Shown here: positions 8,778 to 17,748 of the stretch, piece after piece
Position numbering within the stretch: position 1 is the stretch's first letter
How the letters are laid out: each line of letters starts with the position of its first letter
Notes under the pieces: model-generated
Databases searched by the model: none
What the model was told of the DNA's origin: nothing
Seen by the model: the letters and a program-made list of their open reading frames with translations, nothing else
From: a virus
IMG/VR virus record: IMGVR_UViG_3300004805_000006
Span: 1-64,000 of that record
Direction: 5' to 3' (one strand)
Length of the DNA: 64,000 bases
Program-made: the position numbers and the translations under genes

Positions 8778-9047
8778 CAAGTTTATTACTATTTTTTTAA
8801 AAAAATTAGATGGACATAATATACCATACCCTTGTCAAGGCACTCATATCCTACTAGGTAGCGCAAAGCAAATACCGAACGCATTAGAGTCAGAGCACAT
8901 ACGTAAGTATATATTATTATACCTAATAAAATAGTAATGGGCGTAGAGCGAGTGGGGTTGGGGTGGGCGCGTTTAGCTATCTATATGGTAGCTAAACATA
9001 AGTTTTTAAATAAAATAGTTTTATAGTTTTAAAGAAAGGAAGTAATT

Positions 9048-9497
9048 ATGTATAATGAAGATAGAAATGCAAAATTAGTACTTAGGAGTGCAGAAAAAGA
9101 CATTAAAAAATTGTTGAATATCAAAGTTGAAATAAAAACTAATGACGATTATGGTTATAACGAAAATATAGAAAATAAATATGTAGTAATTGAGGTTGCT
9201 ACTAAATCAAAAATAGCAGCATTTTCTATGACAGGTCTTCCAGGTTGTTGTGGAGTATGCGTATCACATTATTCTCATGTAGCAAACCGATTTCAAGGAA
9301 AAGGACTTGGTACGCTGCTATGTGGTATTAGAAAAGATATAGCCAAAACAATGAGATATAGTTGTCTATTATGTACTGATGTAGATGATAATTTACCTCA
9401 ACAACGTATACTAGACAGGCATGGCTGGAAAAAAGTTCATAACTTTAAAAATATTAGAACTGATTCTATGGTAAATATTAATGTTGTGGATCTTTAA
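9048..9497 (+). CDS. GNAT-like acetyltransferase
   Basis: V..RFQGKGLGTLL acetyl-CoA motif; N..Q..I....GW. Confidence 0.65.
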   Translation: MYNEDRNAKLVLRSAEKDIKKLLNIKVEIKTNDDYGYNENIENKYVVIEVATKSKIAAFSMTGLPGCCGVCVSHYSHVANRFQGKGLGTLLCGIRKDIAKTMRYSCLLCTDVDDNLPQQRILDRHGWKKVHNFKNIRTDSMVNINVVDL

Positions 9498-9519
9498 TAA
9501 ACACTAAATTGGAGTAAAA

Positions 9520-9717
9520 ATGATATTAGACTCGATTAAAATATATAAAACAATTATTAAATATTATGAAGATAATGTAACTACTCCATTTAAATCACCA
9601 CATAAACCAGAATATTATACTATGACAGACTATCGTCCTGGTTATTATTTAGATGATAATTTTGTTCTTCCTAATAATACTTATCATGGTGATAAATTGG
9701 AAGGATTGGGAAAATGA
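9520..9717 (+). CDS. Hypothetical protein
   Basis: GGAG RBS. Confidence 0.55.
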   Translation: MILDSIKIYKTIIKYYEDNVTTPFKSPHKPEYYTMTDYRPGYYLDDNFVLPNNTYHGDKLEGLGK

Positions 9718-9887
9718 TTACACTTAGAGAAGATGTAATTTGCCCTATTGCGTGTGGTTCTTGCTGCATTGATTGCAAAGATCTTACTAAAGATGGTTGT
9801 GCAATTAAAGATAGAACAAAACGACCAATAGCTTGTAATGCATACATGTGTGGAGAAGGTAGTATGAAATTTAATGACATTGAATAA
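9714..9887 (+). CDS. Small YkgJ-like cysteine-cluster protein (57 aa)
   Basis: MITLREDVICPIACGSCCIDC..GCAI....RPIACNAYMC; ATGA-coupled; absent from the track. Confidence 0.6.
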   Translation: MITLREDVICPIACGSCCIDCKDLTKDGCAIKDRTKRPIACNAYMCGEGSMKFNDIE

Positions 9888-9893
9888 TTTTAA

Positions 9894-9988
9894 TATAACG
9901 CAGTGAGGATTATGGTTACTTCAACAATCTATTAAATTGCAAGGGCATAGCCCTAGAAAAGACAACCATACCCAGTTATCTCGTTATA
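9894..9988 (+). ncRNA. Y-RNA-like unit 1
   Basis: Outer stem TATAACG/CGTTATA, internal loop CAGTGA/AGTTATCT, stem TATGGT/ACCATA followed by TACTTC. Confidence 0.65.
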
Positions 9989-10001
9989 CATCTTTAAAAA
10001 A

Positions 10002-10087
10002 TTTATGAGTGTAGTGAGTTATTCGGTTACTTCAATAACTCATACTTATTAAAAAAAATCACCGATAACAATTATCTCACTCATAAA
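10002..10087 (+). ncRNA. Y-RNA-like unit 2
   Basis: Outer stem TTTATGAGTG/CACTCATAAA, internal loop TAGTGA/AATTATCT, stem GTTAT-TCGGT/ACCGA-TAAC followed by TACTTC. Confidence 0.65.
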
Positions 10088-10248
10088 ACAAGAAATAAAT
10101 TTTACTAAAGAGTAAATATAAAAATGAAAAAGTTTACGGATTTAATAAAAAACTCACATAACGGTTAGCTTAATTCGGCTTAAAATATGGATTCGATTTT
10201 GTCCGTAGTCGTTAATAAACTTTTTCGAACTTCAAAAGGAGTTTTGCT

Positions 10249-10788
10249 ATGGAAATACTGCAATTAGCTCATAGATTTGCTGAACAAAAATATGGTGATT
10301 ACAAAATTAAATTTACTAACAGACCATATTTAAGACACTTAGAAGAAACAGCACAACTACTTTGGGAGTATACAGATGGAAATGCACCATATGACGAATA
10401 TATAGCTGCTATATTCCATGATATTGTAGAAAATACTTCAACTACTTTAGATGAAATAGGACAAGATTTTGGTGGAAAAACTATGGGAATAGTAATAGAA
10501 TTAACAAACAATAACACACAAATGGAGATTGAAGGAAGAGATTTATATTTAGCTAAAAAAATTAATAATTTAACAGAAGAAGCTTTTACAATAAAACTTT
10601 GTAGTAGATTAAGTAATGTAGTTGAATTAGAAAATATTGCTATTCCTAATTACTTTGTAAAAACCCAAATCAAAAATACACAGTATATTTTTGAACAACT
10701 TAATCGTACTTTAAGTGATTCACAACAAAGTTTAATTAGTAGAATTGAAAGTATGCTTATGTTTTTACGGCTGAAAAGAAATCTTTAA
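10249..10788 (+). CDS. HD-domain protein, Mesh1/SpoT-like (p)ppGpp hydrolase fold
   Basis: RPYLRHL, AAIFHDIVENT, FG, ELT, IKLCSRLSN. Confidence 0.8.
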   Translation: MEILQLAHRFAEQKYGDYKIKFTNRPYLRHLEETAQLLWEYTDGNAPYDEYIAAIFHDIVENTSTTLDEIGQDFGGKTMGIVIELTNNNTQMEIEGRDLYLAKKINNLTEEAFTIKLCSRLSNVVELENIAIPNYFVKTQIKNTQYIFEQLNRTLSDSQQSLISRIESMLMFLRLKRNL

Positions 10789-10789
10789 C

Positions 10790-11215
10790 ATGAGGCTATT
10801 AATTATGTCTGAAAATGATCAATATTATGAAAGCATAAATGGTGATGATGTAGATGTGGGAGAAGAATATTTCTATGACACATATGATAGAATCATAGAT
10901 ACAAACAGAGGTGATCAAGATATGGATACATTTGGAGAATTAGGTCCAGGAAGTATGGGATTTGCGTTTGCTGTAGCAGAGAGTCTTGCTGAAGATTTAC
11001 ACAATTCAGAATTAAATGATGATGATTGTAATTATCTTAAAGATGAATTTAGCTGTGAGTTTAACGTAGACGAAAATACAGATAGTGAAAATTGGGAAAA
11101 AGTTAGAAAAATTTCCTCATTACAATCACGACATAACGAAAGTAGTAGAATTAGACCATTCGAACAATACATTAATGACATATGTAGAGGTCGAAGACCG
11201 TTATTTGATGTATAG
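10790..11215 (+). CDS. Acidic hypothetical protein
   Basis: Asp/Glu-rich ORF. Confidence 0.65.
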   Translation: MRLLIMSENDQYYESINGDDVDVGEEYFYDTYDRIIDTNRGDQDMDTFGELGPGSMGFAFAVAESLAEDLHNSELNDDDCNYLKDEFSCEFNVDENTDSENWEKVRKISSLQSRHNESSRIRPFEQYINDICRGRRPLFDV

Positions 11216-11225
11216 GTAGAATATA

Positions 11226-11984
11226 ATGGCTAATATACAAATTATTGGAAAAAGAAATTCTAAATCTTGTAATGCAATATCCACTGAAGCTGATATACAA
11301 CGATATACTGGTAAAAAAGTAGATGCTATTATAAATTATGGTTTAAGTGGAGAATATCTAGAATTATATTTTAAAAAGTATCCTTTAATTAAAGATATAC
11401 CAATCATAAATAGATTTGTAGGACAATCTAAATACTCAGCAGTAAAATATGTAAAACAACATGGGATACTTGTACCAGAAACAAAATTATTTCTTTCAAA
11501 AACAGATGAAATTTCAGATTGGATTGAAAAAAAAGTTTACTCAAGTCAGGGTATAGGAATTATAGCTGCTACAAAACGAGATAGAATACTAGGTAAATAC
11601 TACCAAATGATGATAAAAGATAGACTATATGAACTTAGAGTTCACACATTTTTATGGGTACCTAAAAAAGATTGGGTAGTTCATAAACGTACTGGACCTA
11701 TAGATCAGATAGCTTGGAACTTTCATCAAGGTGGACATTTCCAATATATGGACACAAGTAATAAAGTATCTATTGAAGCTAGAAATATTTCTGAAAAGAT
11801 TCTTAGTATAATTGGAATGTCTTTTGGAGCAGTAGATTTTATTGTGGATACCAGTATGAGGATTTATTTTATTGAAGTTAATTCTTCTCCTGGGTTTTCA
11901 GAATTTAGTAAAAATATTTATTTTGATGCTATGAGAAAATTAAAATTATTATCAGTAGATGAGGTAATTAAATTTTCTCAGTAA
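11226..11984 (+). CDS. ATP-grasp (RimK-like) ligase
   Basis: VPET, SQGIGI, YELRVH, WNFHQGG, FGAVDF, IEVNSSPG. Confidence 0.85.
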   Translation: MANIQIIGKRNSKSCNAISTEADIQRYTGKKVDAIINYGLSGEYLELYFKKYPLIKDIPIINRFVGQSKYSAVKYVKQHGILVPETKLFLSKTDEISDWIEKKVYSSQGIGIIAATKRDRILGKYYQMMIKDRLYELRVHTFLWVPKKDWVVHKRTGPIDQIAWNFHQGGHFQYMDTSNKVSIEARNISEKILSIIGMSFGAVDFIVDTSMRIYFIEVNSSPGFSEFSKNIYFDAMRKLKLLSVDEVIKFSQ

Positions 11985-12499
11985 ATGGTGATTGTAATAG
12001 ATTGATGGAGAAAAATTAGTTGTGCCGCTATACACAGAGTTTTAAGTATATAAATATTATAATTAAAATACGTTATACGCTTGTTGCAACAATTTTTTGT
12101 AGAAGTTATATATTACAATCATATCATGGAGACGAGTAGGCACATCACAACGTGATAACCGAAAATTTCTGTTCGCAACACCCGTTTGTGATGGAGAAAT
12201 ACTCTTTTTGATTTATATTTATTATTATTTAGTCATATCAAAAATTAGATAATAGTTTATATAAAACTTATAAGAGTATGATCTGATCAGACATAGGTCG
12301 AGTGGGTTGGGGGTGGGGGCAGTATGTTTTATTAGTATTAAATGTCGGATTATCGTACCAAAATATTGCGATATATCCGACGCAAGTTTAAATTTTTTTC
12401 GACCGATTAAAAAAATTGCTACTATTAACATTAGCAATGTTGATTAACGTATTTTAACCTGGTCGTCATCGCCAAATTAGATGATAGAAAATTTAAAGT

Positions 12500-12821
12500 A
12501 TAGGTGGGAGGTGGGCTTAGGGGCAGCCAGACGAAAGTCTGCAGAATATTTAAATTCTGTACCTATAATGAGTTGCCCGCCATCATTGCAAAAGACTGGC
12601 GTTTAAGGAGATGGCAGTTATTTAGATTTGTTAGTGAATTTAAATAAACCTATTTCCGTATACGTACTGCCTTGGTGAAGAGAGTAGACTTTACCAAGCC
12701 CAAACGCGTGTTATGTAACACACGACTTCACACAGTGTTTAACAAGATAGATAATGTGTGTTGTGGGAGTGATAATCTTGTGGTAGAAGACAGGCATTTG
12801 GCGTAACAGCACACCACCTAT
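12500..12821 (+). ncRNA. Large (~320 nt) multi-helix structured RNA, unclassified
   Basis: Terminal ATAGGTGG/CCACCTAT plus many internal helices (see findings); GC-rich against AT-rich background; no ORF. Confidence 0.65.
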
Positions 12822-12854
12822 TTTTTAATACTAAAATACTATAGGAGAAATACT

Positions 12855-13040
12855 ATGATTGAAACTTTGAAATCAGCATTTAGGCGTAAAAAAAGAAAAA
12901 AACTAACTGAAAAAGATAAGTCAGATATTGTAATTAAAAAAATAATAAATGGTCAATCTACGGATCAAAAAGACTTACAAATTTTTGCTAACAATTCAGA
13001 GTATATCGAACAGAAATTACGGGAACTTACTACTAAATGA
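12855..13040 (+). CDS. Hypothetical protein
   Basis: AGGAG RBS. Confidence 0.6.
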   Translation: MIETLKSAFRRKKRKKLTEKDKSDIVIKKIINGQSTDQKDLQIFANNSEYIEQKLRELTTK

Positions 13041-13669
13041 AAATACAAAAAATAAAAACATTACTTTTTGGTGGTGCATTCGATCCTCCTCATAAAAGTC
13101 ATTTAGATACTGCTATTGTAGCAATGGATTATCATGAATTTAGAAATTCTCCTGTAGAATTGTGGTTTGTTATGTGTAATTCAAATGAATTTGGTCATGA
13201 AGAACTTACATCAATAGAGTATCGTGAATCAATGCTAGAACAGCTTACCAGTTATATATCTAATTCTTATACATATATAGATAAAAAAAGTAAGGATGGT
13301 ATATATGCTTCAGTAATAAAGCTTATAAGTAAATACCCTGAAAGAGAATTCTACTACGTTATGGGAACAGACCAAGCTCGTAAAATAAGAGGATGGAGAC
13401 ATAGTAGAGATTTTTTAAAAACAATTCCAATTATAGTTGTTGCCAAATCTTATATCCCAAAAGCTGGACTCTTTGACTGGTGCTTTAACCCACCACATAT
13501 ATTTATTAATTTTCCAAACGTAACTCACCATGAAAAAGATAATTCATATAGATCGTCTAATATTAGAATGGAGTATAGAAAAAATCATAAACAAATTGAT
13601 GAATTTAAGCCAGCTGGTATCTTATATGGTGTTCATAGGTACATTATGAAGCATGGTTTATATAAATAA
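13037..13669 (+). CDS. nadD: Nicotinate-nucleotide adenylyltransferase-like protein
   Basis: FGGAFDPPHKSH (HxGH variant), MGTDQ..I..W, SSNIR, V..YI.KHGLY. Confidence 0.8.
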   Translation: MKIQKIKTLLFGGAFDPPHKSHLDTAIVAMDYHEFRNSPVELWFVMCNSNEFGHEELTSIEYRESMLEQLTSYISNSYTYIDKKSKDGIYASVIKLISKYPEREFYYVMGTDQARKIRGWRHSRDFLKTIPIIVVAKSYIPKAGLFDWCFNPPHIFINFPNVTHHEKDNSYRSSNIRMEYRKNHKQIDEFKPAGILYGVHRYIMKHGLYK

Positions 13670-13702
13670 TAAACTAACCTCTTAGTATTAAGAGACTCTA
13701 TT

Positions 13703-13828
13703 ATGGGCAGTAACCCATAGCTGGTGCAGTGGTCATAAACACAAAGGGATTATGGAGGTTCAAGTCCTTCGACACAAGCAGGTGCAGTGAGATCCCATTG
13801 GTATGAGTTCAATTCTCATTCTGTCATT
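13703..13828 (+). ncRNA. Double tRNA-elbow RNA
   Basis: Two AGC.GGTGCAGTG D-like segments and two T arms (GGAGG-TTCAAGT-CCTTC; ATGAG-TTCAATT-CTCAT) inside GGCAG/CTGTC. Confidence 0.55.
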
Positions 13829-14253
13829 ATACATAATGGAGGTAAATATGACATCTTTCTGGATCGGAGTATATGTTGGTCTTGTTGCTGGATCTTGTAT
13901 AACTTTAATGATTATTATTATGAGAGGCGGCAGTCGATAAATTATTCAAAATGGTATCTAAAAAATGTAGATAGTAAAACCATAGACTTCATATTAGTAT
14001 GTGTCTATGTTATACTTTTTAATACCTGGTTATGGTTTTGTAGCTATATGTTAAATCAAACAAATCTATTTATAAAATAGACATAATTAAAATTCAAATA
14101 CATACAGGACGATATTATGAATGGAAAAACAAGAAAATAAAACAACAAATTATTCACCTGATTACTTAGACAATATTGCAAGTGCTTATGTTTTTTATAA
14201 GGACTGGGAACTTGCAAAAGATATTGCTAGAATTAGACCTTCGTCTATAAAAA

Positions 14254-14496
14254 GTGATAAAGAAATTAAAGAGATTAATTATGATTGAAAAAAATGATAA
14301 AACTTATACTGGTATTGAAATGATATATCATATAGTATCATCAGAAAAAAATAATTCAAATGTTAATATACCGACCCATATTAACTCTTATAAAAATAGA
14401 ACTGTATCTACAAATCGTAAAGATGTAATTGTTAAATTACGTATGTCTATTAGAGAAATACCAGAAACATTAGTTACAACATCAACTGTATATTAA
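14254..14496 (+). CDS. Hypothetical protein
   Basis: ORF in a cluster of small genes. Confidence 0.5.
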   Translation: MIKKLKRLIMIEKNDKTYTGIEMIYHIVSSEKNNSNVNIPTHINSYKNRTVSTNRKDVIVKLRMSIREIPETLVTTSTVY

Positions 14497-14733
14497 TTGT
14501 AGAATAATTATTTTTATTTAGGGGAGAATAAATTTGAATCTACTTAAAATTTATGAATATGTCTTTGGTACAAACTTAGTTGAGTATGATAATAAATCAA
14601 CTGTACCACCACAAACTACATACCCAGTAGGATATTACACTAATTGATTGTCTATAGAACCTATAGACTATATAGATTTTGTAGAGAAGAAAAGAAAACC
14701 ACATCATAGAAGAAGAAGAAAAGGCTGGGAGAA

Positions 14734-15153
14734 ATGAAAGATATTTGCATATCTCGATTTGAAAAGTTGTTGCTATTAAAAATTATTAAGAAAGTAATAG
14801 TAGAAGGATTTGAGAAAGATTTGTCTAAACTTTACGAATTGATTTATAATCAAGCAGTATCACATCTTTCTGCTTTTCCTAACTACAGTATAGATAAGTA
14901 CATAATACGTTGTTTCAACAATTGTGATTTAAAAATAATAAAAGGGGGTGATAACATGGAAGCTTACCAAGAAAGAGTTATGAAGGAAAAAGAAGATTTG
15001 GATATTAAGATACATAAACTTGGTTTATTTCTATACCAAAATAAAGTATCCGAAGAAGAGACTAATCTTTTGGAAAAACAGTTAACTGCAATGGAAGAGT
15101 ATTCTGATGTTCTAAGTGATAGAATTTTTCTTTTTGGTGGGGAAATTGAATGA
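14734..15153 (+). CDS. Hypothetical protein; C-terminal half resembles the small crAss001_48-like phage family
   Basis: MEAYQERVMKEKEDL..K..KL..F....LL..QL.AM..Y..VL..RI with an internal RBS AAGGGGGTG. Confidence 0.6.
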   Translation: MKDICISRFEKLLLLKIIKKVIVEGFEKDLSKLYELIYNQAVSHLSAFPNYSIDKYIIRCFNNCDLKIIKGGDNMEAYQERVMKEKEDLDIKIHKLGLFLYQNKVSEEETNLLEKQLTAMEEYSDVLSDRIFLFGGEIE

Positions 15154-15380
15154 CACTTACTGGTTTTCAAACATGGATTTTAAAAAAGATATTTAAAAAA
15201 ACTATAATACAAGGATATGCTGAAAAAAATATTACTACTATATATGGGCTTATCCATGAAGCTGCAGAAGAGACATTTTATGAAGACAATTCTATGACTC
15301 TTGACAACTATCTTCGGCACTGCTTTAGTAAAAGTAGTAAACTTTATTTAGTCTCAGAAAAGAGATGGGATGAAAGTTGA
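15150..15380 (+). CDS. Hypothetical protein, paralogous to the N-terminal half of 14734-15153
   Basis: F..W/LLKKI.KK.I..G.EK....Y.LI...A........D.Y...CF pattern shared with the upstream ORF. Confidence 0.6.
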   Translation: MTLTGFQTWILKKIFKKTIIQGYAEKNITTIYGLIHEAAEETFYEDNSMTLDNYLRHCFSKSSKLYLVSEKRWDES

Positions 15381-15497
15381 TGTGATTGATGTATGTGTTT
15401 AAAATAAAAAAAAATTAAAGGAGAAAAATGAAAAAACTAATATTTGTTTTATCTTTGTTAGTTGGGAATCCAGTGCATTAATAATTAGTTAGAGATA

Positions 15498-15529
15498 GTA
15501 AGGTTGAGTTAGATAGATCAACCTTACTA
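15498..15529. terminator. Hairpin at the convergent strand switch, followed by a (TAC)n tract
   Basis: GTAAGGTTGA/TCAACCTTAC. Confidence 0.55.
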
Positions 15530-15912
15530 CCCATTACTACTACTACTACTACTTACCGTATATTCTATGTCGTTGTGTTGGGTCAAACCATGCTGCTAAC
15601 TCATAAAGTTGTCTACTATTAATAATTCCTTCTTGCTTCGCTAAACAAAGTAACCTGCATATTTCTGTATTACACATATGGTGCGTAATTCTCAAAAGTA
15701 ATAACTTTAATCTAGTATTCAATATCTGTAATTTCATAAATCTCCTATTAATCCTCGCTTGACTTCTTCCTGTTGTTTCTGCTGTATCCAAACACCACTG
15801 ATTTTTACTACGACTTCGGAGTTCTAATCCACGTTTTTTCCTACGTTTACTACAGAACCGGCATGTTGTTTATTATGGTATTGTGGTTCTGTTTTTATGG
15901 TTCTGGTTTTGG

Positions 15913-16068
15913 TTTTTTTAAAATTAAGGCGATTTTTTGTTCTACGGAACTAGCCTAAATTTTTGACCCTGAAAAATGCCGGTAACCATAATTTTTTTTT
16001 ATTTTAAGGCGTTTTTTCATTCTAGGGAACCGAACTTTATTTTTTGACCCTGAAAATTTCCTGTAAAA
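15913..16068. repeat. Imperfect ~80-bp direct repeat with T-tracts
   Basis: TTAAGGCG..TTCTA.GGAAC..TTTTTGACCCTGAAAA..CC.GTAA occurs twice. Confidence 0.75.
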
Positions 16069-16084
16069 CTTAATCAAATATTAT

Positions 16085-16720
16085 TTATTTTCTTCCAAAG
16101 GTCATGGTATAATATGTATTCCAGTCGCTAGTTGATTTACTTGCCCATCCAAACCCAATAACATTTGATGTAGAACTCATGATAGCAGAACAGTGACCTG
16201 GACTATTAATCCAACCAGTCACCACGCTAGCCATATCGTATCCTGCTGCTATATTTTCACCAGTGGGTGTACCAGTAAACCCTGCTTTTGCGATTCTATC
16301 CCAGGGACTTGAGCCATCTAAACCGTAGTGGTCGAAGTAATTATTTGCTGCCATATCGATAGAATGGTTGAGTGCAGCGGTAGTTAGCTGCTGATTATAT
16401 GCAACTGAAGGAAGACCACCATTAGCACAGGGTGCACCATTAGCACGGTATTTATTTATTTCTGCTAAAATAGAAGCCTCACCTGAGCCGTACGCATCTA
16501 CATCCTGTGATGGTTTGGTTGGTTCTAATGAATATATGTACCATGTTCCATTACTGTTATGTTTTAATACTGCTTTATAATTTATTTTAGCGCCCTGATA
16601 TTCTATATTAGATAAAGTAAGTGTTAAGTCTTCACTTAAAATAGCTACATCATCTGCAAAACAAAGGGTAGTCATACTGATTAAAACTAAAAATACTAAT
16701 TTGGTAAATAAATTTTTCAT
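16085..16720 (-). CDS. Secreted CAP/SCP-domain protein
   Basis: Signal peptide; INKYR, AALNHSIDMA..YFDH, GENIAAG, WINSPGHC. Confidence 0.9.
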   Translation of the reverse strand: MKNLFTKLVFLVLISMTTLCFADDVAILSEDLTLTLSNIEYQGAKINYKAVLKHNSNGTWYIYSLEPTKPSQDVDAYGSGEASILAEINKYRANGAPCANGGLPSVAYNQQLTTAALNHSIDMAANNYFDHYGLDGSSPWDRIAKAGFTGTPTGENIAAGYDMASVVTGWINSPGHCSAIMSSTSNVIGFGWASKSTSDWNTYYTMTFGRK

Positions 16721-16732
16721 TGTTACCTCCTA

Positions 16733-17311
16733 TTAATGTACAAATTTATGAATACAAGTTACTAGATTACTATTAGACAATCCATCTGGAGTAAGAATGT
16801 TGTTGCCTAGAACATAATCATAATCATCTTTAAAAATATTATTATAACAAGTGTCCACTAGCTCAGAGCAGTAAAAATTAGAATTTTCGCTTTCAAATTT
16901 CCAATCATATTGAGCTTTTTCTTTTACCAATTCTTTTGCTTTGTCTATAGCATACACTACCTGGTTATAAGTTACACTGGGTCGGTATAAAGCCAGACTG
17001 TCGCATCTGCAAAAATTCAAAATATCTTCTGAGTTTACTCCAGTACCGACCGCTTGAATTACATTGTTATCACCAACATAAATTGCTGCATGGCACCAGA
17101 ATGACGATATAGACATTAATATAGTATCTAAGTAGCCATCATACCGGCGAAAAAGAATATCACCTGGCTTTATATCGTTAAGAATCATTCGTATTTCTTC
17201 ACCTTTAATTTTGTGAAATTTTGGTTTATAGCTTAGAAATAGAGGACGCCAACAACAATATAAATCCCCTGGAAATTTAAGCATCCATTTTGGAAGTTGT
17301 AATTTAAGCAT
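16733..17311 (-). CDS. Permuted papain-like amidase (YiiX/YebB, NlpC/P60 superfamily)
   Basis: PGDILF, HAAIYVG, YD, FYCSELV, TP. Confidence 0.85.
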   Translation of the reverse strand: MLKLQLPKWMLKFPGDLYCCWRPLFLSYKPKFHKIKGEEIRMILNDIKPGDILFRRYDGYLDTILMSISSFWCHAAIYVGDNNVIQAVGTGVNSEDILNFCRCDSLALYRPSVTYNQVVYAIDKAKELVKEKAQYDWKFESENSNFYCSELVDTCYNNIFKDDYDYVLGNNILTPDGLSNSNLVTCIHKFVH

Positions 17312-17326
17312 TATGTTTCCTCCTTA

Positions 17327-17731
17327 TTATTTTATACTCATTGAATTATTAATTGTATGCACTAGTAAACTAGTTATCTCATCAAACGAAAGTCCTCCAT
17401 TAAGATACACCATATTAGCTACAGCGCCTAATGATTTCCATTGACTATCAGTAAATTTTTGACCTCCGTCTTCTCTTACTCTAACGAATATAGTCTTTGC
17501 AGGTCGTTTATTACTGTCATCAACTACTTCAGCAATTGAATATACTCCTGTCATCTTAGGAGTAATAACGTACAAACATAGATCGCATTCTTGACGTTGT
17601 TTAATTTCTTCTTTCATGCATTCAGGAGTCCAGTCTTTAACTACTGGATTAAAATAATCTATTGTAAGATTAGGTATTAACTCATCACGCCATGTAGATT
17701 CATTACAAGTTCCACCTAAAAATATCTTCAT
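17327..17731 (-). CDS. Nucleoside 2-deoxyribosyltransferase-like protein
   Basis: IFLGGTCNESTWR, YFNPVV.DW, GVYSIAE. Confidence 0.8.
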   Translation of the reverse strand: MKIFLGGTCNESTWRDELIPNLTIDYFNPVVKDWTPECMKEEIKQRQECDLCLYVITPKMTGVYSIAEVVDDSNKRPAKTIFVRVREDGGQKFTDSQWKSLGAVANMVYLNGGLSFDEITSLLVHTINNSMSIK

Positions 17732-17748
17732 GATAATTTCTCCTTTAA

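Noticed and set aside
8815-8850. Minus-strand TTGACA promoter
   Set aside because: TATATT lies only 9 bp away, unlike the 16-bp class, and it opposes local transcription.
8629-8934. 101-aa ORF
   Set aside because: Overlaps tRNA-Tyr and the upstream gene; spurious.
12500-12821. RNase P RNA
   Set aside because: GACGAAAGTCTG resembles GAGGAAAGUCC but forms a local hairpin, and the 3' ACA.AA..CGGCUUA consensus is not visible; left unclassified.
13787-14080. 97-aa ORF
   Set aside because: Starts inside the tRNA-like RNA; shorter RBS-led ORFs in this region are more likely.
15549-15958. ORFs 15549-15791 (-) and 15773-15958 (+)
   Set aside because: No convincing RBS or motif; the minus-strand one may be real but is not supportable enough to list.
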